Assembly: GCA_051362555.1 (NCBI GenBank)
Contig: CM120640.1
Coordinates: 15,624,001-15,688,000 of the forward strand
Origin: Lingula anatina
Taxonomy: Eukaryota > Animalia > Brachiopoda
DNA: 64,000 bases
Direction: 5' to 3'
Shown: positions 28,301-40,600 of the stretch, in pieces
Layout: each line of letters starts with the position of its first letter
Position numbering within the stretch: position 1 is the stretch's first letter
The notes under the pieces: generated by a model
Database searches by the model: none
The model's input: the letters and a program-made list of their open reading frames with translations, nothing else
Told to the model about the DNA's origin: nothing
Translations under genes and position numbers: made by a program

Positions 28301-28476
28301 TGTAGCAATTTCATTCATTCATTCAAACAGTAATGGAAAATGACAAGTCTGTCGTTCCATCTAAAATATTTCTCCAAATAATGCCTCTTAAGATCACTTT
28401 ACCTCAGTTGTTCTCCTATGATTATAACATCTCCAAATCTGAGGAAATTTGACTGGCTCTGGCGGGCACGTTCCAT
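22377..28476 (-). CDS. DEPTOR: DEP domain-containing mTOR-interacting protein (DEP-DEP-PDZ)
   Basis: Exons 28403-28476, 27545-27729, 25599-25719, 24844-25028, 24315-24446, 23685-23819, 23434-23504, 22862-22966, 22377-22514. IIGEQLR, RRYHLRNYSKCFVGKELVQWL, FKDEKLFYRFRVDD, PDZ DSVGYGFVIRGESPTYVQTVDPASPAAAAGIKVRQFLYSING. Confidence 0.93.
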
Positions 28477-28737
28477 CGCCACACGTCGTTATCATAATTG
28501 TTTACAATATATGCAGAGTTGTTATTCGTCTTTTTCTTTGTTTTGAAGTATAACAAGTTGACAAGATCTTGAAATTATTAGACCATAAGAATATCAAAAG
28601 AACGTGTTAAATAAACTATTTTTTTATATTGAAATATAAGAGCTACTATATGGATAAAAAGATGAAAAATAAAACTTATTATATGCGAAAATGAATTGCA
28701 TCTATTTCGAATAGCTCCATTTTCGTCCGCGGGAAAA
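28477..28737. promoter_or_regulatory. Putative bidirectional promoter, DEPTOR / DSCC1
   Basis: Only 261 bp between the divergent start codons. Confidence 0.6.
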
Positions 28738-31700
28738 ATGGAGGTAGATGCTCCGGCAGATAGCACGGTGGACGCGTATTGCACAACAAGAATGCTGTCC
28801 AATGGAGACAGGTAGGTCAAAAGTTTACATTGAGGCGTTTTTATTGTTAACACAAGCACTTAAGCACCAAAGTGATAGCCTACGTTAAGGGCGGGGGGGG
28901 GGGGGGGGGGGGGGTTACTGCAAATTTTAAGCGTTGTTAACATAATTAACACCCGTAGTTAAAGCAAGATGCTGTACGTCTCAGCGTTTTCTTCTTCTAC
29001 ATTTAGGACTCTGGAAGACATCCATCAGATTATGGAGTTTGCAAAGTTAGACAGGGCTGAAGTTAACCCCACAGTACAATGTCTACATTTCTCCACACAC
29101 ATGGACAATACTTCTGTCAAACTTATGGAAGTTGATGAATCTTTGTTGGAGCATCTGGTGACTGGAGAAAGGTGACCAATATTATTTATATAATTGTTTG
29201 GTGTGCTTATTACTAATTACTGTTGAACAGTGAATCTTATATTTCATATGTAATATTTCTTTATTATCAATTATTTTTTCACTTTTCAGATTGACTATAC
29301 GTGGCGACAAGACTGATAGTGCGGTAGTGTGTACAAATCGTAAAACATTTGAAATTAAAGAGGCAGAAACCTCAAACTCAGTCTTGATTTTGCCTGACCT
29401 TTTATTGCCAGAGAAATTGGGGGAAAAGGAGATAATCATAGAAAAAGAGGTGATTTAAATAAAATATTTTATTTTCATTTGTACCAGTAGTTGAATTTGT
29501 TGCTGTGTAGGGTTTGAACATTTTGATTCAATTTTCATGAAAGAAGTTCTCTTAGTTTTCATATATATTTCCTTTCAAAATCAACTATTCAATTGATCTT
29601 GTTTATTTTTGTAATCTTTGTTTTAGGTATCAGCTATACTCTACAATTACTTTGAGTTACGCCCCATTAAACCAAGACTGAAAAAAATGAAGGAATTATT
29701 GGAGGAGAATGTGTATAGTGGACCAGAATGTGAGGAAGATGAAAATCATCATGGAAGAAAGGTACATGTATTGTCAGCTATTTATGTTATATAATGTTGA
29801 TACAGAACAGTGGAAATTCATCCATTCAGAGGTGAAAAAACAAACAAACAAAAAAAAACTCAAATTGAAATCTTTGCTAGAGTTATCATATGTTGATTTT
29901 TATGACATGCATCTGGATAGTAACAAGTCTTTGGTGTATATTGCTCCCAGTAGTGGGAAGTGCTCATCATGGTCAAGTAAAGACTAAACACTAGGCTTTT
30001 TTCTCTTTGAGAAGAGTGCTAAATAAAGGTGTTATGTACATATATATTTTTATGTTATAGTATTCTTATGCTGATTTAAAAGAGTTAGTACAAGCAAGTG
30101 AAGGAGAAATCCAGGAAGGCCTCAAAGCTCTACAGGCTGTAGAAATAGATGGTAGGTATTATTGGATTAGATATGAAAGCATTTGAAATATTCTTCCTTC
30201 CAGCACTGTATAAAACTCCACCCCCATCTTCATTTATATATATTATTTCTGTTTGATATAATTGTAATACTACAATATACTATTTGGAGCAAAGATGTTT
30301 TAGGTACATGGCATTTCCTTGTTTAAATATTTCATATCAAATTTTGCATATTACTGACCGTTTTCTTTAAATGTGGCAAATTAATTTTCAGATGATCAAA
30401 AATATAAAAATGGTTTATTTAATGTGGAGTGTTTAAATTTCCAGGTTACATTAGGATGTTAGACTTTGATTACTTACAAAAAGTACTAAGTAGCATCGCT
30501 GGCCTGGTGGAGGAGAACGACTGGACAACTGACCACTTGCCCCTGAGGACATGCCTGGAGGAGCTACAAGATCTCTATGACAGGTGAAGAGAGGCATTAA
30601 CTATTAAATGATAAGTTGGATCTTTTTCTCCATGTTATCAATTGTATTGATTTATAATAGATGACATTAAAAGATATGGCCACTGAAGAAAAATAAGCAA
30701 TGCCCTGCATTTGAGGATCAAACTGCTTTCTTTTCAGACACATCATAATCCATGTCCTTGATTGCTATGGAACAAAATCTGATCCTGGTGGAGGGAAAAA
30801 TATGGGTGTGTTTTTTGTGCTTTTGTTTAGTCTACTTAATGAATTGGCATCCTTTACTCACTCTGTGCTACTTGGCTCATATTTAAAAAAAATTGAATTT
30901 AAGATCATTGAGATTTTGTATTATTGTGCGATATTCAAAGTTAATATTGTCTAAATGAGCTGATTTAAATAATATTATGTAATAATGATTAAAGATTCTT
31001 CATACTAAATTTAATTAACAATTTCAGAAGCTGATTCTGCAGATGTGGAATATGCATTATGTGAAAGCAAAATCTGTAGATTTTATGCAGAAATTTTGCT
31101 ACGTGCATCAGAAAAGGTAACTGTCCTTACAGTTCTAGTGACAAAAACTTCAAATTCTAGCGTGTAAAAAGTCCGATGAGTAAATTGTTGCAGTCTGCCT
31201 AAGGCAACAAATTATTATTTTTTATGTGTAACTGTTCTTTATACTCAATTCTTTTCAGTTTAACCTCCAGGAATTTTTATTGACATGGCAGGAAAGTGTA
31301 CCAGTGGGAATGAAAACGGATTCCTGTCAGCTTGAGGTATGGATCTAAATGTATAGATCAACAGTTAACATATTTGAAATAGTGTTTCAGTCTGTCCTTT
31401 TATTAGAAAATCCAACAGTTGAACTTTGGCAGATATTTTTACCAACAGTAGAAACCTGCTTACTGGCAATTCAGTGAGATTCTCTTAATTTTAAAAAATT
31501 ACGTAAGAATGAATTCAAATATTTAATAATATTAAACATCCTGAACTGCTATAGTGTTGTAAATATGTTACAATAAGATGTCTTTGTAACATTAGTTTGA
31601 ACTTTTCTTTTAGGGACTTGCCTTGATAGATAAGACGAGTAGACCTGAAGTGATTATCTATTTCCCAGTGGAAGAATTACCTGAAGATATAGAAGCCAGG

Positions 31701-32577
31701 TATTGTTTTATTACATTATCTTAATAGAATAAGTTCTGAAAAAATTTAATATTTTCCATTGATGTGATCGCTGATTTTGTAACCAATCAGAGAAATTTAC
31801 ACAGGCTGTTCCTCCATCAATACCTCTTTTCTTAGATCAGCAAAACAATATATATTTTCCTTGGCCAAAGTTAATTGTTGTGTGTTATTTTAATAGGGAT
31901 GCCTGTACTTTGATCCTTAAATTTTATGTCTGGAACAAATATGAAAGGGCTTCAAATAATTTTTTTGGCATGATGTAAGTGTAATGGTATACAATTACAG
32001 ACCTAATAAAAGTTTGATCAGCCTTCACACTCAAGGATATATGATTGTATTCTGTTTGAATTACTTGATGAATATAAGTATATGTTTTATTCTATTTAGC
32101 CCATCTTGAATATTTATCTAATATTTCATTAAATCAATGTTATCTTACCTACAGGTTTAATGCCTTGTTCAGAGTAAGAGAAAAATGGACAAAGGAGGAA
32201 ATTACGCCATACATAAAGTAAGTCCTTTTATGATGAGGCAACGTTTGGATATTGTCTAACATTGATCCTTCATATAAGGATGTGGTTGGAACATCTGGAA
32301 ATTGGCTAGAATAAAAATGAACTGAACATAAGAAAAATTACCAGGTTTCAATTGTTGTGTGTTTTAGACATTTCAATTGGTCTTTAGACTCTTTACCATC
32401 TGACAAGGAATATTGTCTCAATAGTCATATTTGTTCATTATTATTATTATTATTATTATTATTTTCAGGGATGTGGCAACAGAAAAGATGGGGACTGGTG
32501 CTCTTCTCATGAAATATGCCAGAGCGTCCACATCAAATGGAGTCAAAGTATACAATTCAAAGAAGGCAGTCACTTGA
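28738..32577 (+). CDS. DSCC1: Sister chromatid cohesion protein DCC1
   Basis: 12 exons: 28738-28811, 29007-29171, 29290-29449, 29627-29761, 30061-30151, 30445-30583, 30738-30805, 31028-31116, 31259-31336, 31614-31699, 32155-32217, 32469-32577. IRGDKTDSAVVCT, AETSNS, VQASEGEI, WQESVP, FNALFRVREKWT, GALLMKYAR...NGVKVYNSKK. Confidence 0.93.
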
Positions 32578-32802
32578 GAGGCAGACCAGTATGTGATATT
32601 CACTGGGCTTTTACTATTTCAATTTGAAGATCAAGAAATTGGTTCAAAATTATATCTGAAACTTTTTACTTATTTCATAAACAGGATAAGGCTTAACCTT
32701 TGTGGAAGTTTGAAGTATATCCATCAAAACACTGATGCAGTTGGGTATGTTGAGATTTTACTAGTGACAAAGCCATCTGAACATTAAAACATTCTCCAGT
32801 GT

Positions 32803-35015
32803 TTATGTGTCTGGATAAGCAGAAGCCAGAATTTTCTTATTGGTTATGTATGACACGTCATAGGTTGTAACTCTCAGGTAGTTGCCGTTGATTCTCATCT
32901 CGCAGGGCTGGTCTGGCCGGGTGAGGAAGCACACGGTGTACAAGGCCATCTCAAACTCTGGACTAGTGCCCACAAACATACTGCCAGCTGCCTTCATCGT
33001 ATTAAGCCATTTGTACTGGAGTTTGATCTGCTCCAGCTGCAAGACATTGTGAAAGCATTTGAACATGTACACATCATCTATTTAATTTATGAAAAATGAT
33101 TCCATACATATTTATTTCAATAGTTAGAAGGTTGTGAAACTGTATATCAAAAGCAGTTTATCAGGTTTCTGACGTGCAAATGGCACCTAAAAAGCTGCTA
33201 TATTTGCTAAAAATGATAAACGGAAAAAACGTACAGATCATAAAGGCATTTTAAAAAATAGTATTCCAATTATTTTACCTGTCTTTGAACAAAATATCCG
33301 TAGTAATTAAGCTGGCCTGCTTTCTCCTGCAGGTAAAACTGGATCCAGTTGTGAAGTCCCGTTACAGCGTTGTTTTTTATCTCTCCCACAAACACGTGCT
33401 CAAACCCACTAGTGTCCTGCCTTCCCTGGGCCCGGGAGTAGGCCGTGAACCAGATGCTACGTAGTTGACCCTTGAAGCCTGTAGCACTGGAACTACTATA
33501 TCCTGAAAAAAAATTCGCAGTTTGTCTTTAAGTCTCGCCCTCTCTCTCTCTCTCTCTCTCTCTCATTTATTAATTTTAATCTATTTGCTAATTAGCAAAT
33601 TAGATTATCTTTCTAGGATAAAAACATTTTAATGAAACGTTTGTGATCTAAGAAAAGGAGGTGACTGCAAATAAACTTTCATTTTCAGAATTTTACATTA
33701 AAAAATCCACCACCATCTTTCATCTGGATAATTCAAACTTGATTAGATTACCCTTTGTTTGCAAAAACTTCCATGCCTCCTGCATAACTGTGGTTTTGAG
33801 CACTTCGTCTAGGAACGCTTCATTTTCCCGTTGCTCAGTGGAAGAAACGGACTCTGTTCTGCCAGTCTGTGCTATGTAGTTGTTTAACAAGGCGATGAAC
33901 TTAGCATACGTTGGCTTGGCAAAAAGTTTCTTTTCATCAAGAGATGAAAATAGCCTGTAAAATAATGAATCGAAATGAAATGTGAAAATCCTCTACAATT
34001 ATATAAATAATGAATATAAAAGAATTGAACACATATCATATAAATCACGTCTGCGTACTGGAAGAGGAAAGGGACTCCAGTGTTTTGTTTTCGAAACCAA
34101 TTTTTCATCAAGATTGACTTTTTGCTTTTACCTTGTTTTTTGGGGTGCATTAAGAAGTGCAGCATGCCCAAATGTTAAGAATTACGAAGCACCTTTGAGC
34201 GAAAACTGCACTATATGTGAACTCCTTGCAATTGAATCTGCTGGAGGGAGAATTCATGTTGTCTTTTAAGATAATCAATTAAAAATAGATAAACGGATCT
34301 CTTTTCTAACTAGGCTAATATTCACTGATGACGCATGGCATGGTTTCTTTGTTGAAGTTCATTTTCCAGCATAAATATGAATGGTCAGAAAGGAATTATC
34401 AACGTGTCGGTAGCACCTGCTGCCGATGCTCGGTTATATTGCAGGCGCCATCTTACTTTTCCATTACAAACGCAAACTTAATTGATCTCGTCGGCACTAA
34501 ATGCCGACTTATACACCAAATATACTACAAACTGGTAAACTTTCCCAGCAATGTTAGAACTACTAACTTGCTGCTTGCAAGGTCAGTACGGCTGTTGTAG
34601 CTGGTGATCTTTCTCTGAAGGTTTAATCTGAAGTCTCTGTCTTCAATGGCTGCGTTGCTGTCACTGTTCCATAATGTTGTGGCTATCGTCGACAGATCGT
34701 TGTCACTGATGACCTGTGCACTCTTCACACCTGGAAATTAACGATTGATGAAAAGACTAACGAAAACGCTATCATAAGTTGCAGTAAGTGGGCTATACTA
34801 ACAGTGTTACTTATTTTTTTCTTTCCGGCGCGCTATAAATAACGTAAGTTGTATTTTGTGTTATTTTGGTGTAAAATAGTTATTACACCAAAATAACACA
34901 AAATATTACACCTTATATTTTCTTTAGTAAGTTTCATTGTTGTCACTTTTAAGATATTAAACAATAACTTACCACACCACGTCAGCAAAAGCACGCCAAG
35001 CAGACGTATACCCAT
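32803..35015 (-). CDS. ENDOU: Uridylate-specific endoribonuclease (EndoU/XendoU family) with signal peptide
   Basis: Exons 34973-35015 ([15 protein letters not shown]), 34568-34730, 33752-33954, 33279-33502, 32803-33036. [56 protein letters not shown]; catalytic His/His/Lys present. Confidence 0.92.
33538..33564. repeat. (CT)n microsatellite
   Basis: About 13 CT units in an EndoU intron. Confidence 0.85.
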
Positions 35016-37663
35016 TATAATTGCGTGCTCGGATGAAGACTCAAACTGTAGACACGCAGTCCCGGGCACGTATGTGAGCCTTCGACCTGTATCTTGCTCT
35101 CTGTATCTTATCAGATACGTCTCGACCTCTAGCTCGCGTTGACAAGTTGTTGAATCTGTCGTATCATGCCGCTGTCACTATTATATCACTGTTTTGACAA
35201 GGTTGTTTCATTTTTCTAGCGTGACTAAGATGAGCACGTGTCCATCGCTCCAACGTGATTCATAATCATGAGTGGTTACAAAACTCGAAAAAATGTTCAT
35301 GACAGCTTTTTAACGCTCATTTGCATTATTTTTTAATCCAAGAAAGCATTTTAAAATAACACGACCTGCTAGCATAACATCTGCCGATGTCAATGACTGA
35401 GACATTCCTTATTGAATGTTGAGGTCTTTTTTTCTATTGTTCTCTTGGCTCTCAAAATGTGAAATTTCGAAGAATCTTGGATAGTTGGCGTGGGAAAAAC
35501 AAACAAAATTTCCCAACGACATCGCCCTTTTATTTTTTAGCAATCAACGATTATCTTTCTCGTTAGATATTCAAAATACCCTATCATTACACGTATTTAT
35601 TTCGACAAAAACATGCATTTCTTTAACAGACAGTAACTTGATTCCCTTTAAGCCAAAAACATCGACTTATAAGAAAAATGAAGGTTGTTTCAGTTTTTTA
35701 TTGTTTTTTTATTTCTAGTTTTTATTCTTATTTCTATTTTTGTTTGAATTGTTATCACAATCACGTGGTGGGAAGCCATTTAAGAGAAGTTAAAATGGCG
35801 TCTAAACGATTTCTAGCGATACGGGGATTCTGAAATAAACTCCTCCGTCAGTGAAGCTTTCTAAAAGACCTGAGATATTTGCCCCCTTTGAAGATAAAAA
35901 CTAAAATCGTATAGAAATTATCTATAAAAATCCAAATGTCGCGATATTTATTTTGTCATCACTTTTGTTTTCAGTTGACAGGGAGATAACGTTGTCATGT
36001 ATTTATGACTATTTTCGTTCTATTAGTTATGACGAGGAATGGATTTGATGATTTACTTACAAGGGATGCTGACATGTTTTATTGCGAGATAGAAATCATC
36101 GATCTTGCTTATCTGAGTTTCATTATTGTTTGCAATTGTTTTTAATCTGCATAACAAATCGAAGACCCTCTCCAATTGAATTATCGCAGTTTCTTACTGC
36201 AGTATGTCATAGGGCATGAGCCTAGGAAAACCAATTTTTTATAAAAATTATTTGAAAATAATTAGAATGGACATTTAGCTATATTGGTGAAATTATTCTC
36301 AATTCTGTATACAAAGGACGCGAGTGAACAAGGTTGGACCCCTTGTCCCTTTATTCAGGCGATTCCATCTGCCATTTTTACTCTTTTTTATTGTATCTTA
36401 ATTTTCCATCTCTTAAATATATATTCATGCGACAACTTGAGCGTATAGTCCCTTGTCTTGAGTAACTGATTTCAGTGAGTGCCCTAACACATGTAACTCA
36501 TTTTCAATTTTCACGTTCAAAAAGAAACGAATATGCATAAGAAAAAAATACGCCAGGACAAATATTGGTCGATGTTTTATCAGAATCGATTTCCTTTTTG
36601 TGTAGTAAGAATAACATGAAAGTTCATGGTTGTTGTTCTTGTTGTCTACCACGGTACGGTTCAGCGCACCCGTGCCCTCGTGTATGAAGCAGGTGCGTCG
36701 ATGATTTATCTGTGATATGTTACGCTTGATTACACAATCGAAGGCATGGTAGGAAGGTGTGCAAGTCATGCCAGTAGGTGCAGGCAAATAACAACAAAAT
36801 GAAATATATTACCAAGCTAGATATGAGCTCCTTCTATAAAGTCTTAATTGAGAACGATTTAATCTGCACCGCCTCTCTTTTGCTTAAACTTAAATGTAAG
36901 AGTAAAATATGAAATGTAAAACTTAAATGTAATTATGCGGACGCCCGATTCGTCTTTTATATAATGTCTTTTATACAATGTAATGCTTTTGGCGTTTTGT
37001 ACGTTGAATTCCAGAATAAGAGTAATAAAAGTTGCTATAGCATTGCTTGTTCTTTTGCTAATGTTGCAGGCAAGAAAATCTACAGAAATTAAGCAAACCC
37101 TGATTAAAGAAACATAACGATTATCCATACTTCGGCTCAGCGTTCCAATCAATACGCAACTGGTCAGGGGACGGCTCCAAATACATAATTGATCAGCATG
37201 TAATTTGACTTTTGTGAATTGTTTTCCCGTCACAGTGGAATGTGACCACCCAATCATTCACACGATGGGTCTCTCATGCGTCAGGACTTTCGACTTGTGT
37301 TACCGTGATTCCAGAAGGGGCCCATGACGTGCTATGACATTGCAAAGTTAAGGTAATTCCACTGTTTTGAAACATTTTTCATGTGGGAAAAGTCAAAGCT
37401 GCTACAGGTGCGCTGGCAACAATACGTCAAAGAAATCGAAGACTTACTGATAACAGCTTAATTATCTTTGCTGAACATTCTCATTTTCTGCGCCAAGCTA
37501 TGGTTTGTTCGTGCGATTTTGACGAAGGTGGGCACGGTGCCACGGCGGCTGAAAAGTGATAGCGGATTACAGAAAAGAACACAAATAAAGGGATTGTTGC
37601 ATAAATAGTCGCTGTTACCATATCTTATTGTGTACAACAAAGATCACCGTTGTTTACACAAGT

Positions 37664-40600
37664 ATGAGTGGGTGCGAGGACCGGTCCTCATGGTCCGGAG
37701 GCCCTCACAGTGCGGCCTGCGCCGTCACACCAACTGGCAGTATGATCCCATCGAGGCGGTACAGTGACAGTAACAAGGTTGTCATAAACGTCGGCGGTGT
37801 ACGCTACGAGACGTACAAATCAACTTTAAAAAACGTCCCCGACACGCGTTTGGCGTGGCTCACGGAGACGAAAAGTCAGAATACGGATTACGATGCAGTG
37901 ACCGGAGAGTACTTTTTCGATCGCCACCCAGGAATTTTTGTTATGATCTTGAATTACTACCGAACAGGGAAACTTCACGCTCCATCCGATCTTTGTGGAC
38001 CTATTTTCGAGGCTGAACTTGAATACTGGGGAATAGACGAAAAACAAATTGAACCATGTTGTTGGATGAATTATATCTCACACAAAGAGGCACAGAAAAC
38101 CCTCGATGAAATGGACGGTGCTGACACGGAGAGTGAAGAAGAAAACGACGAAGTTTCTCGAATTGCTACAATATTTGGAATTGAAGAAGCACCACCGGAT
38201 CAAAATTGTTGGCAAAGATGGCGTCCTAAAATTTGGGCTATCCTTGAAGATCCTTATTCCTCTAGACTAGCCAAAGTAAGTAGACACTTTGACCTTGGAC
38301 GAATAAAATTTACAGTAGTTGAATTCTCAAGTCTGTAAAAATAAGGAACCCCTTACTGCAAAACAAAATTTTAAACGTAGAAATCATATAGGTTTCAGAT
38401 TACGAACGCTATTAGAATTAGTTCGAGACGAGTTGTTCAACAACAGCATATCTTAGCATTACTGTTAGCATACAATATTTTGCGATATATTATATACTAT
38501 AGTAATATATAATTAATGTCTTAGTTTACTTTATGTCAATATCAAAAATCAGCCTAATAAAACTGAGATGTGTTGATACTACTTTGACTTTGAACAGCAG
38601 TAATATTTGTCATCGTTATTTTCATATTTTTCTCTGGTATCTCCTTTACTTTCCTGGTGATGTTTTTTTAATTATTGCAGAATCTAAATTTCGCCCTTAG
38701 TATACGCCTATATTTGCTAGTTTTTGACGAAGTGTCTGAATAACGAAAACATCAACCAGTGCACGCCTGGTTCGTCAACCTCCAAATTGAATTTCGATTC
38801 ATCCATCATGCGTAATTCAATATCTAAACTAAGTAGAAAGCCTCTAATGGAACTAACAAATATCTCTGCACTTCCAGTATAGTCTAAGCACCAAGAAAAA
38901 AAAACGCCAAAGAGACAAAAAGTACAAATAATAGAATTTACTGCTGCAACGTTTTCTTATACAAGGGTCACGTCCCTTTTCTGTATCTGGGGCCAGAGGG
39001 GTAATGAACCGCTGCATGTTAAGTAATATTTACTCATTTGAATTATATATGGTAACCATTTAACCCGGCAATTATTTTTCCTTAATCCTTTCCGCAGTCT
39101 TTGGGGCAGGGCTGATCAACAATCTTTAGAATTCGAACAACTAGAGGTGGAACTTAGAAATTGTTTCGTTTAAGGTGTGCAATTTTGTACGGAGGGTGAG
39201 AAAGTGGCACTCATATAACAAAATATAAGGCTGATATTATATGCTGTCATAAAGTCAACTCAGAGATTATTTCGATATTACAGTATATATAGAGTATAGC
39301 ATAATAATAGTAATATTGTATGCTAATAGTGTGCTAACATATGTTGCTGTTGCGGAAATTTATCTCAAACTAATTTTAAAAGCGTTTGTAATCTGGAAAC
39401 TACTTGAATTCTTCATGTTTTAAAATTTTTTATGGCAAGTAAGGGATCCCTTAATATTGCATACTTTTTCAATATTTCGAAGGCTTATGACTTGAAGGAA
39501 AGATTGTTTTATTTTTACTCTCCGTTTTATTCACGCTATTATATGCCTGTAGTCAGGAATTTCAAATGGGTTGTCCTTTTCCGAAAAAAATTGACCTTAT
39601 TGCCCCATAAATTAATTTATTTAACCTACCTTCAAAAGCGATTTAGAACCTTTACCAAATTTTGATTCAGAGTAGACCATTTCCATCAAAAAAATTACAA
39701 CGTCCAAACTCTCCTACCCTGCCCCTGTCTACGGTCGAAAATCCAGTAGCTATGCCATAATATTCGGAGCCTGCAGAGCAGAATATGTAACCGTTGTAGG
39801 GGGATCGTTTTTCGACAAAACATGATTATGCCATAATAAGAACCCTCTGTAAGTCTCCTATTCTTCCCTTATGTTCCAGTCACTTTCTTTTCGTTTCAGG
39901 TCATCACGTCTGTATCGCTGCTTTTTATCGTTATATCGATCACTGCGTTCTGTTTGGAGACCGTGTGTTATGTGAGAGAACCGATCAGCGAACACGGGAA
40001 TGTCACCCACGAGAACGTTACAAGACCCGACCTGCGGTGTGATCTGATAGGATTAAAGACAGGGGCCGTTCCCATTACCCATATCAGAAACCAGTCTCAA
40101 CCTGTTGCAGCTTTCGCCTACTTAGAGTATGTTTACATGGCTTTCTTCACGCTAGAGTTTGTGCTCAGAGTCCTGTTTTGTCCAGATAAAAAGAAATTCT
40201 GCAAAGAAATTCTAAACTGGGTGGACTTATTTTCAATACTGCCATTCTATATGGAATACATCGTTATTATCATAGACCCAAGTATACAAAGCTATCAGAT
40301 ACAATTCCTCAAACTATTTCGGCTGATACGAATATTTCGTATTTTCAAACTGACGAGACACTTCAGTGGAATCAAAATTCTCTCTCACACGCTCAAAGCA
40401 AGCGCAAGGGAACTGGTTCTTTTAATTCTTATTCTGTTTCTAGGTATATTAATTTTCGCAACTTTGATATATTACGCAGAACTTCTGGATGAAAATCCAA
40501 ACGATCCTAGCTCATTTTGGAATATCCCACGTGGCTTCTGGTGGGCTGTGGTTACCATGACAACGCTTGGCTACGGCGACATCGTTCCTAAGACACCATA

